A DNA stretch of 63,719 bases, the filler included, from Candidatus Woesearchaeota archaeon (GTDB lineage: Archaea; Nanobdellota; Nanobdellia; Woesearchaeales; J072): NCBI GenBank assembly GCA_003695265.1. It is 4 parts of 4 records of this genome, joined end to end, with 100 filler letters (N's around TTAATTAATTAA, not from the genome) between each part and the next. Parts side by side here need not be neighbours in the genome. Positions count along the whole stretch, not along the records: positions 1 to 27,801 come from RFII01000091.1; positions 27,902 to 47,512 come from RFII01000092.1; 2 more parts are not named here. One strand, written 5' to 3'. Under the pieces are notes generated by a model. It was not told where the DNA came from, did not search any database, and saw only the letters and a program-made list of their open reading frames with translations. The position numbers and the translations under genes were made by a program. Below, one piece after another: positions 18,583 through 27,944 of this stretch (its first letter is position 1; each line of letters begins with the position of its first letter).

Positions 18583-19580
18583 CATATTCTTGGGACTATC
18601 TGACCGGAGGGCATGTTAAGGGTTCTTCTTCCGAATAGTGTCTGTAAAACAACACCTGTTCCTGAGTGAACCTCACCAATTATTGAGGCTGCGCTGTTGA
18701 ATTTCTTTAAATTATGGACAACTTTCTCAGCGTTTTTAGCTGCGCAGAAACAAACTAGGCGGCCCTCACACGCCAGCAGCAATGGGTCTATTCCTAGGAT
18801 TTCTGTCAATGCCTTTACTTCTTTCCTTATAGGGATGTCTTCCTCAAAGATGAGCAATTGCTTTTTTTCTTTTTGCGAGACCTCGTTAAGAACAGCTGCC
18901 AAGCCGCCGCGAGTTATGTCTTTAGCCTGCCTTATAAGTGTGGAAACAGAGCTCACTTCATTAAACAAGGGCTTGCTGTCAGACGTGATTTCTGATTCTA
19001 AATCAAAGCGCTGCGCTAAAAGCGCTGCTCCGTGCTCGCCTATGCTTCCAGAAACAATTATTTTGTCGCCCTCTCTTATAGGCCTATTCAAAACGAACTC
19101 GGCAAGGCCAACGCCGCTGGTGTTTATTATTATTTTATCAACAGAACCTTTCTCCATTACTTTTGTGTCTCCAGTAACTACAGGTATTCCTGTCTTTTCT
19201 GATAATTCACCTATGGAACTTATTATTTTGAGCAAGTACCTTTTTGGAAAGCCTTCCTCTATGATAAGGCTTAATGAAAGGCCGAGAGGCTTAGCTCCCA
19301 TTACAGAAAGATCGTTGACTGTGCCGCAAAAAGCTATTTTGCCTATGTCTCCTCCGGGAAAGAATATTGGCGTGACAACATATGAGTCAGAAGTGAACAC
19401 CAAGTTATTCTGCTTTTTATTCTTTAGAGGAAGAAAGGATGAGTCATCATTAGTGCACATCCATGATCCTTGGTTTAGGTAAGTCTTAATCATTGATATT
19501 AGCTCATTCATCTCTTTGCCGCCTGAGCCTTCGCTAAGCTTAACAACATCATCTTTGCCAAGTGACGTATTGCTCTTCAT
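18579..19580 (-). CDS. hypE: Hydrogenase maturation protein HypE
   Basis: GSGG, DSYVV.PIFFPGGDIG, GDTKV, D.TRGG, C-terminal PRIC. Confidence 0.96.
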   Translation of the reverse strand: MKSNTSLGKDDVVKLSEGSGGKEMNELISMIKTYLNQGSWMCTNDDSSFLPLKNKKQNNLVFTSDSYVVTPIFFPGGDIGKIAFCGTVNDLSVMGAKPLGLSLSLIIEEGFPKRYLLKIISSIGELSEKTGIPVVTGDTKVMEKGSVDKIIINTSGVGLAEFVLNRPIREGDKIIVSGSIGEHGAALLAQRFDLESEITSDSKPLFNEVSSVSTLIRQAKDITRGGLAAVLNEVSQKEKKQLLIFEEDIPIRKEVKALTEILGIDPLLLACEGRLVCFCAAKNAEKVVHNLKKFNSAASIIGEVHSGTGVVLQTLFGRRTLNMPSGQIVPRIC

Positions 19581-19592
19581 TTTCAAGTTTTC

Positions 19593-20606
19593 TTATTCAG
19601 AAAGGCTTTTCCCGTACTTGTAGGCGATTGCGCATGCTCCCTCGTACTCGCTTACCATGCACGCCCCTTTCGGACTGGAAGGGGTGCAGACTTTCCTGAA
19701 TAATTTGCACTCGTTCGGTTCAATTAATCCTTTTATGACTTCTCCGCACCTGCACCCAGGATTCTCTCGTGTTTTTACTTTTTTAAACACGTCTTTGTAA
19801 ATTATTCTTGCGTCTAGCTTTTCATCTTTAGGAACAAGCCCTGATTTTGGTATTAGGCCAAGACCCCTCCACTCAGAATCACAAGCCTTCATTGTTCTTC
19901 TTATTAATTTTTTAGCAATAGGATTTCCTTCGGGAAAAACAACTTCTGGATAATCATTAATGACTCTTACCTCATTGTTTTTTATCATTCTCAAAAGCAG
20001 GTAAATAGCCCTTATCAAGGCGTCTGGCTTGAAACCTGAAATAACTTGAGGAACATTGAGGTTAAGGTTGCTCCACGCGTCTGAGCCTATTATTGTTGAG
20101 ACGTGGCCTGGGTCAATAAACCCATCTATTCTCATGTTGTCAGCTATTAAGCGCATAGCAGGAGGCATTACCTTGTGGGCTGAGAAAACAGTGATGTTGT
20201 TTTGCAAGAGCCTTGCCGTCATCGGCGTTGTTGTTTCAAAGCCAACCGCGAAGAAAACCCTTTCCTTATCATTGATCACTTGGTCGGCTGAGTAAACTGT
20301 CTTGATGTCTGCTCCTCGCGCCTGAGCGTCCTTAAGGCTCATTTTTGTTCCCGGAACGTTTATCATGTCGCCGTAAGTTGATATTTTCACTCCTTCCAAT
20401 GCGAGCTCGACAACGCAGTCAATGTCATGCTGAGATGTAACGCAGACAGGGCAGCCAGGCCCAGAAACAAGCTTTATGTTAGGAGGTAATAACTCTCTTA
20501 AGCCGTATTTCATTATCGTATGGGTGTGGCCTCCGCAAACCTCCATTATTTTAATTTCTCCAAGGCTTTTTGCCAGCTCCTTAATTTTTTGGATGTAATT
20601 CAACAT
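19593..20606 (-). CDS. hypD: Hydrogenase maturation protein HypD
   Basis: MEVCGGHT, GPGCPVC, GFETT, PGHVS, G.CMVS.EGAC. Confidence 0.96.
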   Translation of the reverse strand: MLNYIQKIKELAKSLGEIKIMEVCGGHTHTIMKYGLRELLPPNIKLVSGPGCPVCVTSQHDIDCVVELALEGVKISTYGDMINVPGTKMSLKDAQARGADIKTVYSADQVINDKERVFFAVGFETTTPMTARLLQNNITVFSAHKVMPPAMRLIADNMRIDGFIDPGHVSTIIGSDAWSNLNLNVPQVISGFKPDALIRAIYLLLRMIKNNEVRVINDYPEVVFPEGNPIAKKLIRRTMKACDSEWRGLGLIPKSGLVPKDEKLDARIIYKDVFKKVKTRENPGCRCGEVIKGLIEPNECKLFRKVCTPSSPKGACMVSEYEGACAIAYKYGKSLSE

Positions 20607-20614
20607 GAGACGCC

Positions 20615-20827
20615 TCAAATATCAGCTCCGAAGAGAAGCCTGTTCGATTCTCTCGCAATTTTTTCGTCAACCTTTTGAATTGCAAAGCCGACATGAACAA
20701 GAACGTAGTCGCCTATTTTCACGTTTTCAAGAAGAGACAAGTCTGCTTTCCTCCTTAAGCCGCCGAAATCAACAACTCCTTTGCTGCCGTTCTTTCTTAT
20801 TAGTTTGCCGGGAACTGCCAGGCACAT
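20615..20827 (-). CDS. hypC: Hydrogenase maturation chaperone HypC
   Basis: MCLAVPG N-terminus; GDYVLVHVGFA. Confidence 0.96.
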   Translation of the reverse strand: MCLAVPGKLIRKNGSKGVVDFGGLRRKADLSLLENVKIGDYVLVHVGFAIQKVDEKIARESNRLLFGADI

Positions 20828-21147
20828 TATTTGACCACCACGCTAACAATCTTAACATCAGTGCCTTCAATTAAAGAAGGGACTTCTTTGCATTTTGGGC
20901 ATTCAATCATGAAATGGTCGTGGCCCCGCTCAAGAATGTTTGGGCGGCCTTTAAAGCCGCAAGCGCATTTTGCCTTTGCATGTATTTCCTTCCAGCTTAT
21001 TTTCCAATCAACAAGGCGCTCAAGGCACTCAACCAATTCAGAGGGAGGAACATGTGCTAATTCGCCGATTTCCAATTTTATTTCCTGAACATCACCCTGC
21101 TTCTCAGCCTGCGCAATTATATTCTTGGCAATTGCAGTTTCGTGCAT
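20827..21147 (-). CDS. hypA: Nickel metallochaperone HypA
   Basis: MHE N-terminus, IGEL, CxC and CPxC zinc ligands. Confidence 0.92.
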   Translation of the reverse strand: MHETAIAKNIIAQAEKQGDVQEIKLEIGELAHVPPSELVECLERLVDWKISWKEIHAKAKCACGFKGRPNILERGHDHFMIECPKCKEVPSLIEGTDVKIVSVVVK

Positions 21148-21222
21148 GCCTTTTCAAAAGAACAGATCATATAAAAAACTTTTCCATGGGATTAAAATAG
21201 GTCCCACTACTTTGTAAGAAGA

Positions 21223-22413
21223 TTAAAATTTCAGAATTTTGTTTAATTCATCAATAAAAGCCTGCGCTTCCTCTTCTGTGTTGTAAAGGTACATTGAGGC
21301 TCTTACGCTTCCTTTTAGGCCGCGCTTGTTAAACCAGCTGTGAACGCAGTGCGCGCCGCTCCTAAGCATTATATTTCTGGAAGCACTCAACATGCCAGAA
21401 ACATCATGAATGTCCATTCCAGAAACAATGAATGAGAATATGCCGGCGCGCTGCTCAGGATCCTTAGGCCCTAATATGCTTATCTTCTCATTATCAGCAA
21501 AAGCCTCACTCAGCATTTTGTTAAGCTTAAACTCATGCCTTGAAATGTTCTTCAGCCCAACTTTCTTAAGGTACTTGCAGGCTTCTCCCAAGCCGATTAT
21601 TCCTGCATAGTTTTGCAGGCCAGCCTCGAACCTGGCTGGCAGTTCCTCTGGCTCGTAACCAGTATAAGTGGAGTCAACAACTGTTTCGCCCCCCATTAGA
21701 AACTGGTCCAGTTTTTCAAGCATTTCTTTCTTGCCGTAAAGAACGCCTGTTCCTGTAGGTCCTAGTGCCTTGTGTCCTGAAAAGGCAAGGAAATCAACAC
21801 CCAAGCTTTGAACATCAACTTCCTTGCTTGGCACGCTTTGAGCTGCGTCAACAAGAACAGCCGCGTTATTGTTATGTGCTATCTTCACAATTTCTTTAAC
21901 AGGGTTTGTGACGCCGTCCATGTTTGAGGTGTGCACCACAGAGACAAGCTTTGTGTTCTCAGTAAACGCCTTTTCAAAATTATTAATATTGAACGTGTTG
22001 TCTTCATTGCTTTCAACAGGAACGACCTTTATACCTTTCTTAGCCAGTTTGAGCCATGGCAGCAGGTTAGAATTGTGCTCCTTGTCACTTATTATGACCT
22101 CATCGCCTGGTTTTAATCCGAACGAATTTGCAATTAGGTTTATTGATTCAGTGGTGTTCTTTGAGAATATTATTTCTGAATCGCGCTTCGCATTAATAAG
22201 GCATTTAACCTCTTTTCTCGTGCCTGCTACTTGGATCTCAACCTCATGCGCGAACTTATGGGAGCTTCTTCCGGCGCAGGCAGTATAGTCTGTGTAATAC
22301 TTACTCACTTTTTCTATCACTTGCCTTGGCTTAAGCGACATGCAGGCACTGTCAAAGTAGATTATCGGCTTTTTCAGAATGGGAAAGTCCTCTCTTAATT
22401 TTTCAACATTCAT
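21223..22413 (-). CDS. sufS: Cysteine desulfurase, SufS/CsdA group
   Basis: EHNSN, DAAQS, FSGHK.LGPTG.G, RSGAHC, RAS.YLYN. Confidence 0.88.
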   Translation of the reverse strand: MNVEKLREDFPILKKPIIYFDSACMSLKPRQVIEKVSKYYTDYTACAGRSSHKFAHEVEIQVAGTRKEVKCLINAKRDSEIIFSKNTTESINLIANSFGLKPGDEVIISDKEHNSNLLPWLKLAKKGIKVVPVESNEDNTFNINNFEKAFTENTKLVSVVHTSNMDGVTNPVKEIVKIAHNNNAAVLVDAAQSVPSKEVDVQSLGVDFLAFSGHKALGPTGTGVLYGKKEMLEKLDQFLMGGETVVDSTYTGYEPEELPARFEAGLQNYAGIIGLGEACKYLKKVGLKNISRHEFKLNKMLSEAFADNEKISILGPKDPEQRAGIFSFIVSGMDIHDVSGMLSASRNIMLRSGAHCVHSWFNKRGLKGSVRASMYLYNTEEEAQAFIDELNKILKF

Positions 22414-23327
22414 TTTTTCAATTCTTCATCAATTATGTTTTTGAATGTCTTGAAAGGCTTTGGGCCGACAACCTTACTTTTTCCAATAAAGAATGTTGGC
22501 GTGCCGGGAACCCCTGCTTCGAGGCCCATGAAAGTGTCGTCCTGCACTTCAAACTTATATTTCTCATCTTCCAAACAATTGGTGAATTGTGTCATGTTCA
22601 TGCCAAGAGAACCTGCCAGGCTTATCAACATATCATAATTCATCTTCTCCTGGTTATCAAACAAGAGCTTATGGTAATCATAGTATTTGCCCTGCTCAAG
22701 AGCGCAGTCAGCAGCCAAGGCGCTCTCAGTGCTGAAAGGGTGGTTTGGTATGACAAAAGTCTTGAACTGGACATTGACGCGGCCATTGTAATAATCAATT
22801 ATTTTCTGAACTGTTGATTCAGCATTCTTTGTGTAGGGGCATGTGTAGCAGCCGAACTCGATTATGGTAAGCTCGGCCTTTGGGTCACCTATTATTGGGT
22901 CATCATCCTCAAGAACAGGGTAAGTTATGTTTGCTGGAATAACATAATCAATCTCTGAAATCCTGCTATTCGAGCCGGTAGGGTCAAAAATGCAGAATCC
23001 GCTTGACTCAGGACCGTTGCAGTTGCCGTAGAGTATGTAATTGTGGATGCCTATAAAGCTCACGTAAAAGCTCCACACAAGCAGTATAAACAAAACCCAT
23101 GAGAATATTTTATAATTTTTATAGAAGATTTTTGCAATACCAGGGCTGAGCCTTATTATCCTTCCTGTAAGAACAGCCCTTATACGGTTATCCAGGCCGC
23201 TTCTGCATTTCCTAAATGTTACTGTCTTGAAAAGGCAGTCAAACGCCTCTTTTGTCAGCTTTCTGTATTTAACGCTGAAAATGCTTAAAACCGCAAAAAC
23301 AGGCAGTGCCACTAGACATAATACCAT
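22410..23327 (-). CDS. Membrane-anchored DsbA/thioredoxin-fold protein
   Basis: Two hydrophobic segments, then IIEFGCYTCPY, AA.CA..QGKY..Y...LF, GTPTFF. Confidence 0.85.
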   Translation of the reverse strand: MVLCLVALPVFAVLSIFSVKYRKLTKEAFDCLFKTVTFRKCRSGLDNRIRAVLTGRIIRLSPGIAKIFYKNYKIFSWVLFILLVWSFYVSFIGIHNYILYGNCNGPESSGFCIFDPTGSNSRISEIDYVIPANITYPVLEDDDPIIGDPKAELTIIEFGCYTCPYTKNAESTVQKIIDYYNGRVNVQFKTFVIPNHPFSTESALAADCALEQGKYYDYHKLLFDNQEKMNYDMLISLAGSLGMNMTQFTNCLEDEKYKFEVQDDTFMGLEAGVPGTPTFFIGKSKVVGPKPFKTFKNIIDEELKK

Positions 23328-23439
23328 TTTTAAGAAGGGATAATTGTTGTTCTTTTTAAATGTTACAGATTATTTTAGGATTATTCAAAGGCAATTTTGA
23401 AAATGTTTAAATAAGGGTTGTTTTTCCAATCTTAAAACA

Positions 23440-24366
23440 ATGGCTGAAATCTATGATGTTATAATAATCGGCGGAGGAGCTGCTGGGCTCACGGCAGCTA
23501 TTTACGCCTCAAGGGCAAACCTTAAAACACTAGTCGTTGAGGGAGAGCAGCCGGGAGGGCAGTTAGTGCTAACATCAGTCGTTGAGAACTTTCCTGGCTT
23601 TCCAGAAGGAATACAGGGAGCTGAATTAATGCAGAGAATAAGGAAGCAGGCAGAAAGGTTCGGGCCAGAGTTCATCAAGAAGAATGTTACAAGTGTTGAT
23701 TTCTCAAAAAAACCTTTTGTGGTTAGCCTTGGCGATCAAAATTTAGAAGCAAAGAGTGTGATAATAGCAACAGGATCAAAGCCAAGGCGATTAGGGTTAG
23801 ACTCTGAGAAAAGGCTTATTGGAAGGGGTGTTACTTACTGTGCCACTTGCGACGGCTATTTTTTTAAAGACAAAGAGGTAATAGTTGTTGGCGGCGGAGA
23901 CGCAGCAATGGAAGAGGCGCTCTTCCTGGCAAAGCTAGTAAGAAAGGTGAGCGTTGTTCACAGAAGAGATAAGTTAAGGGCTTCTAAGATAATGCAGGAA
24001 AGAGCTTTCAAGAATGAGAAAATAGTTTTTATTTGGGACAGCGTTGTTGAGGAAATTTTAGGCGAAAACATGGTTGAGGGCGTAAAGCTGAGAAATGTCA
24101 AGACTAACAAAGTCAGTGAGCACAAGACTGATGGTGTTTTTGTTGCTATTGGCCATATCCCAAACACTGAGTTCTTAAAAGGCCAGCTCGAGATAGACCA
24201 AAAAGGGTATATTGTTGTAAGGAATCATGTCTTCACAAGCAAGAAAGGCGTTTTTTCTGCTGGAGATGTTAATGACTTTAATTACATGCAGGCGATAACA
24301 GCATCCGCGATGGGATGCATGGCTGCAATCCAAGCAGAAAGGTACCTCGAACAAGACAAAAAATAA
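23440..24366 (+). CDS. trxB: Thioredoxin-disulfide reductase
   Basis: GGGAAGLTAA, CATCDG, VGGGD.A.EEA, HRRD, AGDV. Confidence 0.97.
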   Translation: MAEIYDVIIIGGGAAGLTAAIYASRANLKTLVVEGEQPGGQLVLTSVVENFPGFPEGIQGAELMQRIRKQAERFGPEFIKKNVTSVDFSKKPFVVSLGDQNLEAKSVIIATGSKPRRLGLDSEKRLIGRGVTYCATCDGYFFKDKEVIVVGGGDAAMEEALFLAKLVRKVSVVHRRDKLRASKIMQERAFKNEKIVFIWDSVVEEILGENMVEGVKLRNVKTNKVSEHKTDGVFVAIGHIPNTEFLKGQLEIDQKGYIVVRNHVFTSKKGVFSAGDVNDFNYMQAITASAMGCMAAIQAERYLEQDKK

Positions 24367-24460
24367 CCACAACCATTTTTTTATAATTACTAATAAGTAG
24401 TGAAAAATAGAAAGATTTAAAAAGGGCAAGGCTATTTTCTAAGCAATTAGGGGGATTGCG

Positions 24461-27280
24461 ATGAAAAATCTTGATGAAAGAGTGGCAAAGCTATGGAAAA
24501 AGGCTGTTAAGCCTGCTTTGCATACAGCATGGAATATTAGCCGCAAAGTACATGACGCCCTTAATTATATCTCTGAAAGACCAGCAAGGAACGTTGTTCT
24601 GCCCTTGGCAGCTGGTGCCAGCGTCTTGGCAGCAGCACAAGGCCTGGAAAGTTATCATGACAGCAATACAAACCCACTTCTCGACGCAATTTTCCTGACG
24701 CCTGCAATTTATGCTTTGGGAATTAATGCTGCTGTTCAAACTGCTTCTGCTGTTAGAAGGGGCTTGACAGGTTTAAAGCAAAAACCATTACGTTTTGGAA
24801 GAAGCAAAATAAGAAATGCATGGAATTTTATGAGGGCTCTTCAGCAATACTCACCAGCAGGAACTATTATTACAGCAGCTGCAACAACTTACGCCTCATT
24901 ACAATCTCCTGAATGGCTAAATGTCTCAAACGAGGCTCTTAGGTGGGCGGCAAGTGGTGCGTTAGAAGCGGCAGTCGCAATTCCCAGCACTGCTGCCACC
25001 TACCTTCACTTAAAAGGCAAGAGAAAAAAATTCTCATTAAGAAGCAATATTGCTGTTATAGCTGCAACAGGGCTTATGCTTTACGCTCTTGGAACAAGCA
25101 CAACAGGCTTTTTCAAAGAAAAGCTCAGCGACGCGTCTGCCAGAATACACAACAGGATTTACATAGGAGAAGAGAAAGAAGAGATACCATTAGAAGACTC
25201 ACTTTTTCACATTACAGGAGATCCGAAAGGAAAAGAAGAATATTTAGAAAGAGTAAGCATGGACAACATGATAAGATTAATGGCATCAGCGGGTGTTGAC
25301 ACTACAAATATTTCAAAGGTTGAAAGGCAGCTTGGTGATTACCATAAAAACTTTGACAGGATTTTTGAAGAGACATTTAAAGATTGGAGCTTGCCTGAAA
25401 GCATCAGAAAAGATTTTGCAAACTACATTAAGGCTCAGCTAATGACAGAGTCTGAATGGCATCAGAGAACAGAGTCAGGCGGCTTCCTTGTAAGCCGTGA
25501 CGAAGCTTATGGTATAGGGCAAATAACTGAGGATTGGGTTTCCCAGCTTAACCAAGACCTCGCAAAAGAGAACCCTGAATTGAGAGAAAGCTTAATAGAA
25601 AGAGTTGGCAGAGACAGGAGAGGAAGGCCGATAATAAGGGGCAGGACAGAGACAAATGGTGTCGGGTTTGATTTTAATGATGTTATAAAAGAGCCTCTTG
25701 TGAATCTAGAAAGCCTCGTGGTGGGCACAAAGTTCAATGTTTACAGGTTTTTTGAGCTTATGGTCAGGGATAAGAAATTATTAACGTATAAAAGAGGAAG
25801 CCCAGAATACATGCAAAGAATATCGCAGCTAATGAGTGACCCAGAAATGTTCGACCAGCTTAAAAAATCCTTGGCTGCCTTTGCCAATGGCGGCTGGCCG
25901 TCAATGGTGCGCTATTCTAACAGGGCAAAAAGCTTTAGATGGGAAGATTACAGCAAGATGTTTGCCTGGAACAGCAGGCACAGGTTAGAAACAATCCCTT
26001 ACGTTGAGTCAACAATGAACCAGATGTTTCTGTTTGATTTTGGTTATCCAACAGAATCAAGGAACATGATCCACCTTTTTGGCAACTCAGTAAATCCAAA
26101 GACAGGAAAGCGCACTTACAGATGCGTTGTTGATATTGCGCCAAGAGTGGTGGATGTTCCGGGAGATGAGGTTGTGTCAGTGTATGATGGTATTGTTAGA
26201 AGAGTTGACAAAAACAGGAATAACGGCTTGTTTGTTGTTGTAGAATACAAAGACCCAAAAAACCCTGAGAACTTTGTGGAAGGGTGGTACCTGCATTTGC
26301 AGGAAGTCAATGTTAAGGAGGGCGACAGAGTAAGAAAAGGTCAGAAAATCGGCGAGATGGGCATGTCAGGCGATATTGATGGAGTGATGCTTGGCTTCGG
26401 CTTAAAGATGAATGGAAAATATTACGTTGATCCAATGATGGTGTTTGGAGAGCTCGGCCGAGACCAAATAATTAGCACTTTCATAACGAGGTCTGGCAGC
26501 AAGTTCAGCTTAGAGCAAAGCAGCAATGACTACAGGAGAAGGGTTGGTTTTGGAGAAGCAATGCAGTCTTACATGAAAAGAGCTGAAAACAGATTATACG
26601 AAAGTGCCCAGAGGATTATCTGGAAAAGAAGCATTGACTCAAGAATTCAAACGATGAGCATGTACACTCAGTCTTTGCTTAAAGAAGCACAAAGGCTGAT
26701 GCGGGAAAACCCTGCAGAAGCAATTCCTTTGTTGGAAGAATTCACAGCCTTGCAGGGAGGAAGCAGGCTTGATGACGGCTTCTTAATGCTGGCAAGGGCT
26801 TACCTTTCAAAAGGAGAATTAGAAAAAGCTATTAAAGCTGTTAGAAATGGAATGAATGTTTGCGAACATTATAAAGAAAGGGGCCTTAGCCAATTGTTTT
26901 ATGATAATTTATCAGAATTAAGAGAAATTGAGTCGCATGAGGAAGTTATGATGTTCAGTGCTTTGAGGTCTCTCCAGAGAAGAGCCAAAACAGAAACCCA
27001 AGGATCAGTTCTGGGAATAGCAGAGGAAGCAGAAAGGGTTGCTGAGCGTTTTTTCAGGTTATTCCCTGCTTCAACGATGAGCGATGATGCTTACCTAATA
27101 ATAGGAGACTTGGAAGAAGCAGCAGGAAAGACGTCTGAAGCTGTTGAGTTATGGCAGCGAGGAATAAAGAAAGGAGAAAAGCTTTATGAAATGTGGCCTG
27201 ACTCAACCAAAGATAGGGGGTTATACATTGATATGAGGGAAAACTTAATGCAGAGGATTAATAGGCATTCAGCAAGATAA
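24461..27280 (+). CDS. Membrane-anchored multidomain protein: lytic transglycosylase-like + degenerate M23 peptidase + TPR-like repeats
   Basis: N-terminal hydrophobic helices; IKAQLMTES / AYGIGQI / AAFANGG / ETIPYV (SLT motifs); V.S..DG.V, G.FVVVEY, YLHL, V.EGDRV.KGQ.IG.MG.SG, VDP (M23 fold); C-terminal DDAYL.IG TPR-like helices. Confidence 0.72.
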   Translation: MKNLDERVAKLWKKAVKPALHTAWNISRKVHDALNYISERPARNVVLPLAAGASVLAAAQGLESYHDSNTNPLLDAIFLTPAIYALGINAAVQTASAVRRGLTGLKQKPLRFGRSKIRNAWNFMRALQQYSPAGTIITAAATTYASLQSPEWLNVSNEALRWAASGALEAAVAIPSTAATYLHLKGKRKKFSLRSNIAVIAATGLMLYALGTSTTGFFKEKLSDASARIHNRIYIGEEKEEIPLEDSLFHITGDPKGKEEYLERVSMDNMIRLMASAGVDTTNISKVERQLGDYHKNFDRIFEETFKDWSLPESIRKDFANYIKAQLMTESEWHQRTESGGFLVSRDEAYGIGQITEDWVSQLNQDLAKENPELRESLIERVGRDRRGRPIIRGRTETNGVGFDFNDVIKEPLVNLESLVVGTKFNVYRFFELMVRDKKLLTYKRGSPEYMQRISQLMSDPEMFDQLKKSLAAFANGGWPSMVRYSNRAKSFRWEDYSKMFAWNSRHRLETIPYVESTMNQMFLFDFGYPTESRNMIHLFGNSVNPKTGKRTYRCVVDIAPRVVDVPGDEVVSVYDGIVRRVDKNRNNGLFVVVEYKDPKNPENFVEGWYLHLQEVNVKEGDRVRKGQKIGEMGMSGDIDGVMLGFGLKMNGKYYVDPMMVFGELGRDQIISTFITRSGSKFSLEQSSNDYRRRVGFGEAMQSYMKRAENRLYESAQRIIWKRSIDSRIQTMSMYTQSLLKEAQRLMRENPAEAIPLLEEFTALQGGSRLDDGFLMLARAYLSKGELEKAIKAVRNGMNVCEHYKERGLSQLFYDNLSELREIESHEEVMMFSALRSLQRRAKTETQGSVLGIAEEAERVAERFFRLFPASTMSDDAYLIIGDLEEAAGKTSEAVELWQRGIKKGEKLYEMWPDSTKDRGLYIDMRENLMQRINRHSAR

Positions 27281-27325
27281 AACTAAGTATAATAAGAATA
27301 GGATAAAAAGTCGCTAAAAAAAATC

Positions 27326-27724
27326 TTATGTAATAATGCACTTGCAAGGCTCCAAGCCTTTTCTCAAACCCTGAGTTCTTGAGCTAAAAAAAAGCTTTTT
27401 GTCTTCTTTTATATTCTTAGCGAAAACGCAGTCAGCCCTGTGAAGCTTTTTTGAGTTTACAGAGGAAACATATTTTTTTTCGCGTGCAGCAAGTCCATTA
27501 ATGGTTGACCTTTGCTGAGCCTTAAGTTTGGATATCTGCCTTTTTAGCTCGTCAATCTCATCAATGAATTCTTTTTGTTGCTCAAGAACAGAGTTTATTG
27601 TGTCAGACCAAGATGATAAAGTACTGGATAATGAGGATATTTCCGCCTGTAATTTCGCAATGTCTGACTTCACCATCTGAAACGATTTTATAATATTGTA
27701 CTCTAAAACTTTTATTGGTTTCAT
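27326..27724 (-). CDS. Coiled-coil protein with C-terminal Ada-like metal-binding domain
   Basis: Heptad-rich N-terminal half; YVSS..SKKLHRADC..AKNI...G..PC.C. Confidence 0.6.
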   Translation of the reverse strand: MKPIKVLEYNIIKSFQMVKSDIAKLQAEISSLSSTLSSWSDTINSVLEQQKEFIDEIDELKRQISKLKAQQRSTINGLAAREKKYVSSVNSKKLHRADCVFAKNIKEDKKLFFSSRTQGLRKGLEPCKCIIT

Positions 27725-27801
27725 ATAACCACCTAAAAGGTAAAGAATTAAATATTATTTATAAATCTTTCTAAAATTAATTACTATACAGTGATTAATA
27801 A

Positions 27802-27901
27802 NNNNNNNNNNNNNNNNNNNNNNNNNNNNNNNNNNNNNNNNNNNNTTAATTAATTAANNNNNNNNNNNNNNNNNNNNNNNNNNNNNNNNNNNNNNNNNNN
27901 N
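27802..27901. other. Assembly gap / artificial contig linker
   Basis: 44 N + TTAATTAATTAA + 44 N, identical in all three gaps. Confidence 0.97.
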
Positions 27902-27944
27902 ATCATAAGAATAAGAAAAAATCTATTTTTCTTATGCATTTTAT

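Noticed and set aside
18697..19482. Long antisense ORFs (e.g. 261 aa opposite hypE, 230 aa opposite the FKBP gene, 189 aa opposite TraB)
   Set aside because: Each mirrors a well-supported gene on the other strand and has Ser/Phe/Leu-rich shadow composition.
27802..27901. TTAATTAATTAA palindrome repeated three times within N runs
   Set aside because: Identical 100-nt N/linker blocks with stops in all six frames; an artificial contig joiner, not a biological repeat. Gene adjacency across these joins was not interpreted.
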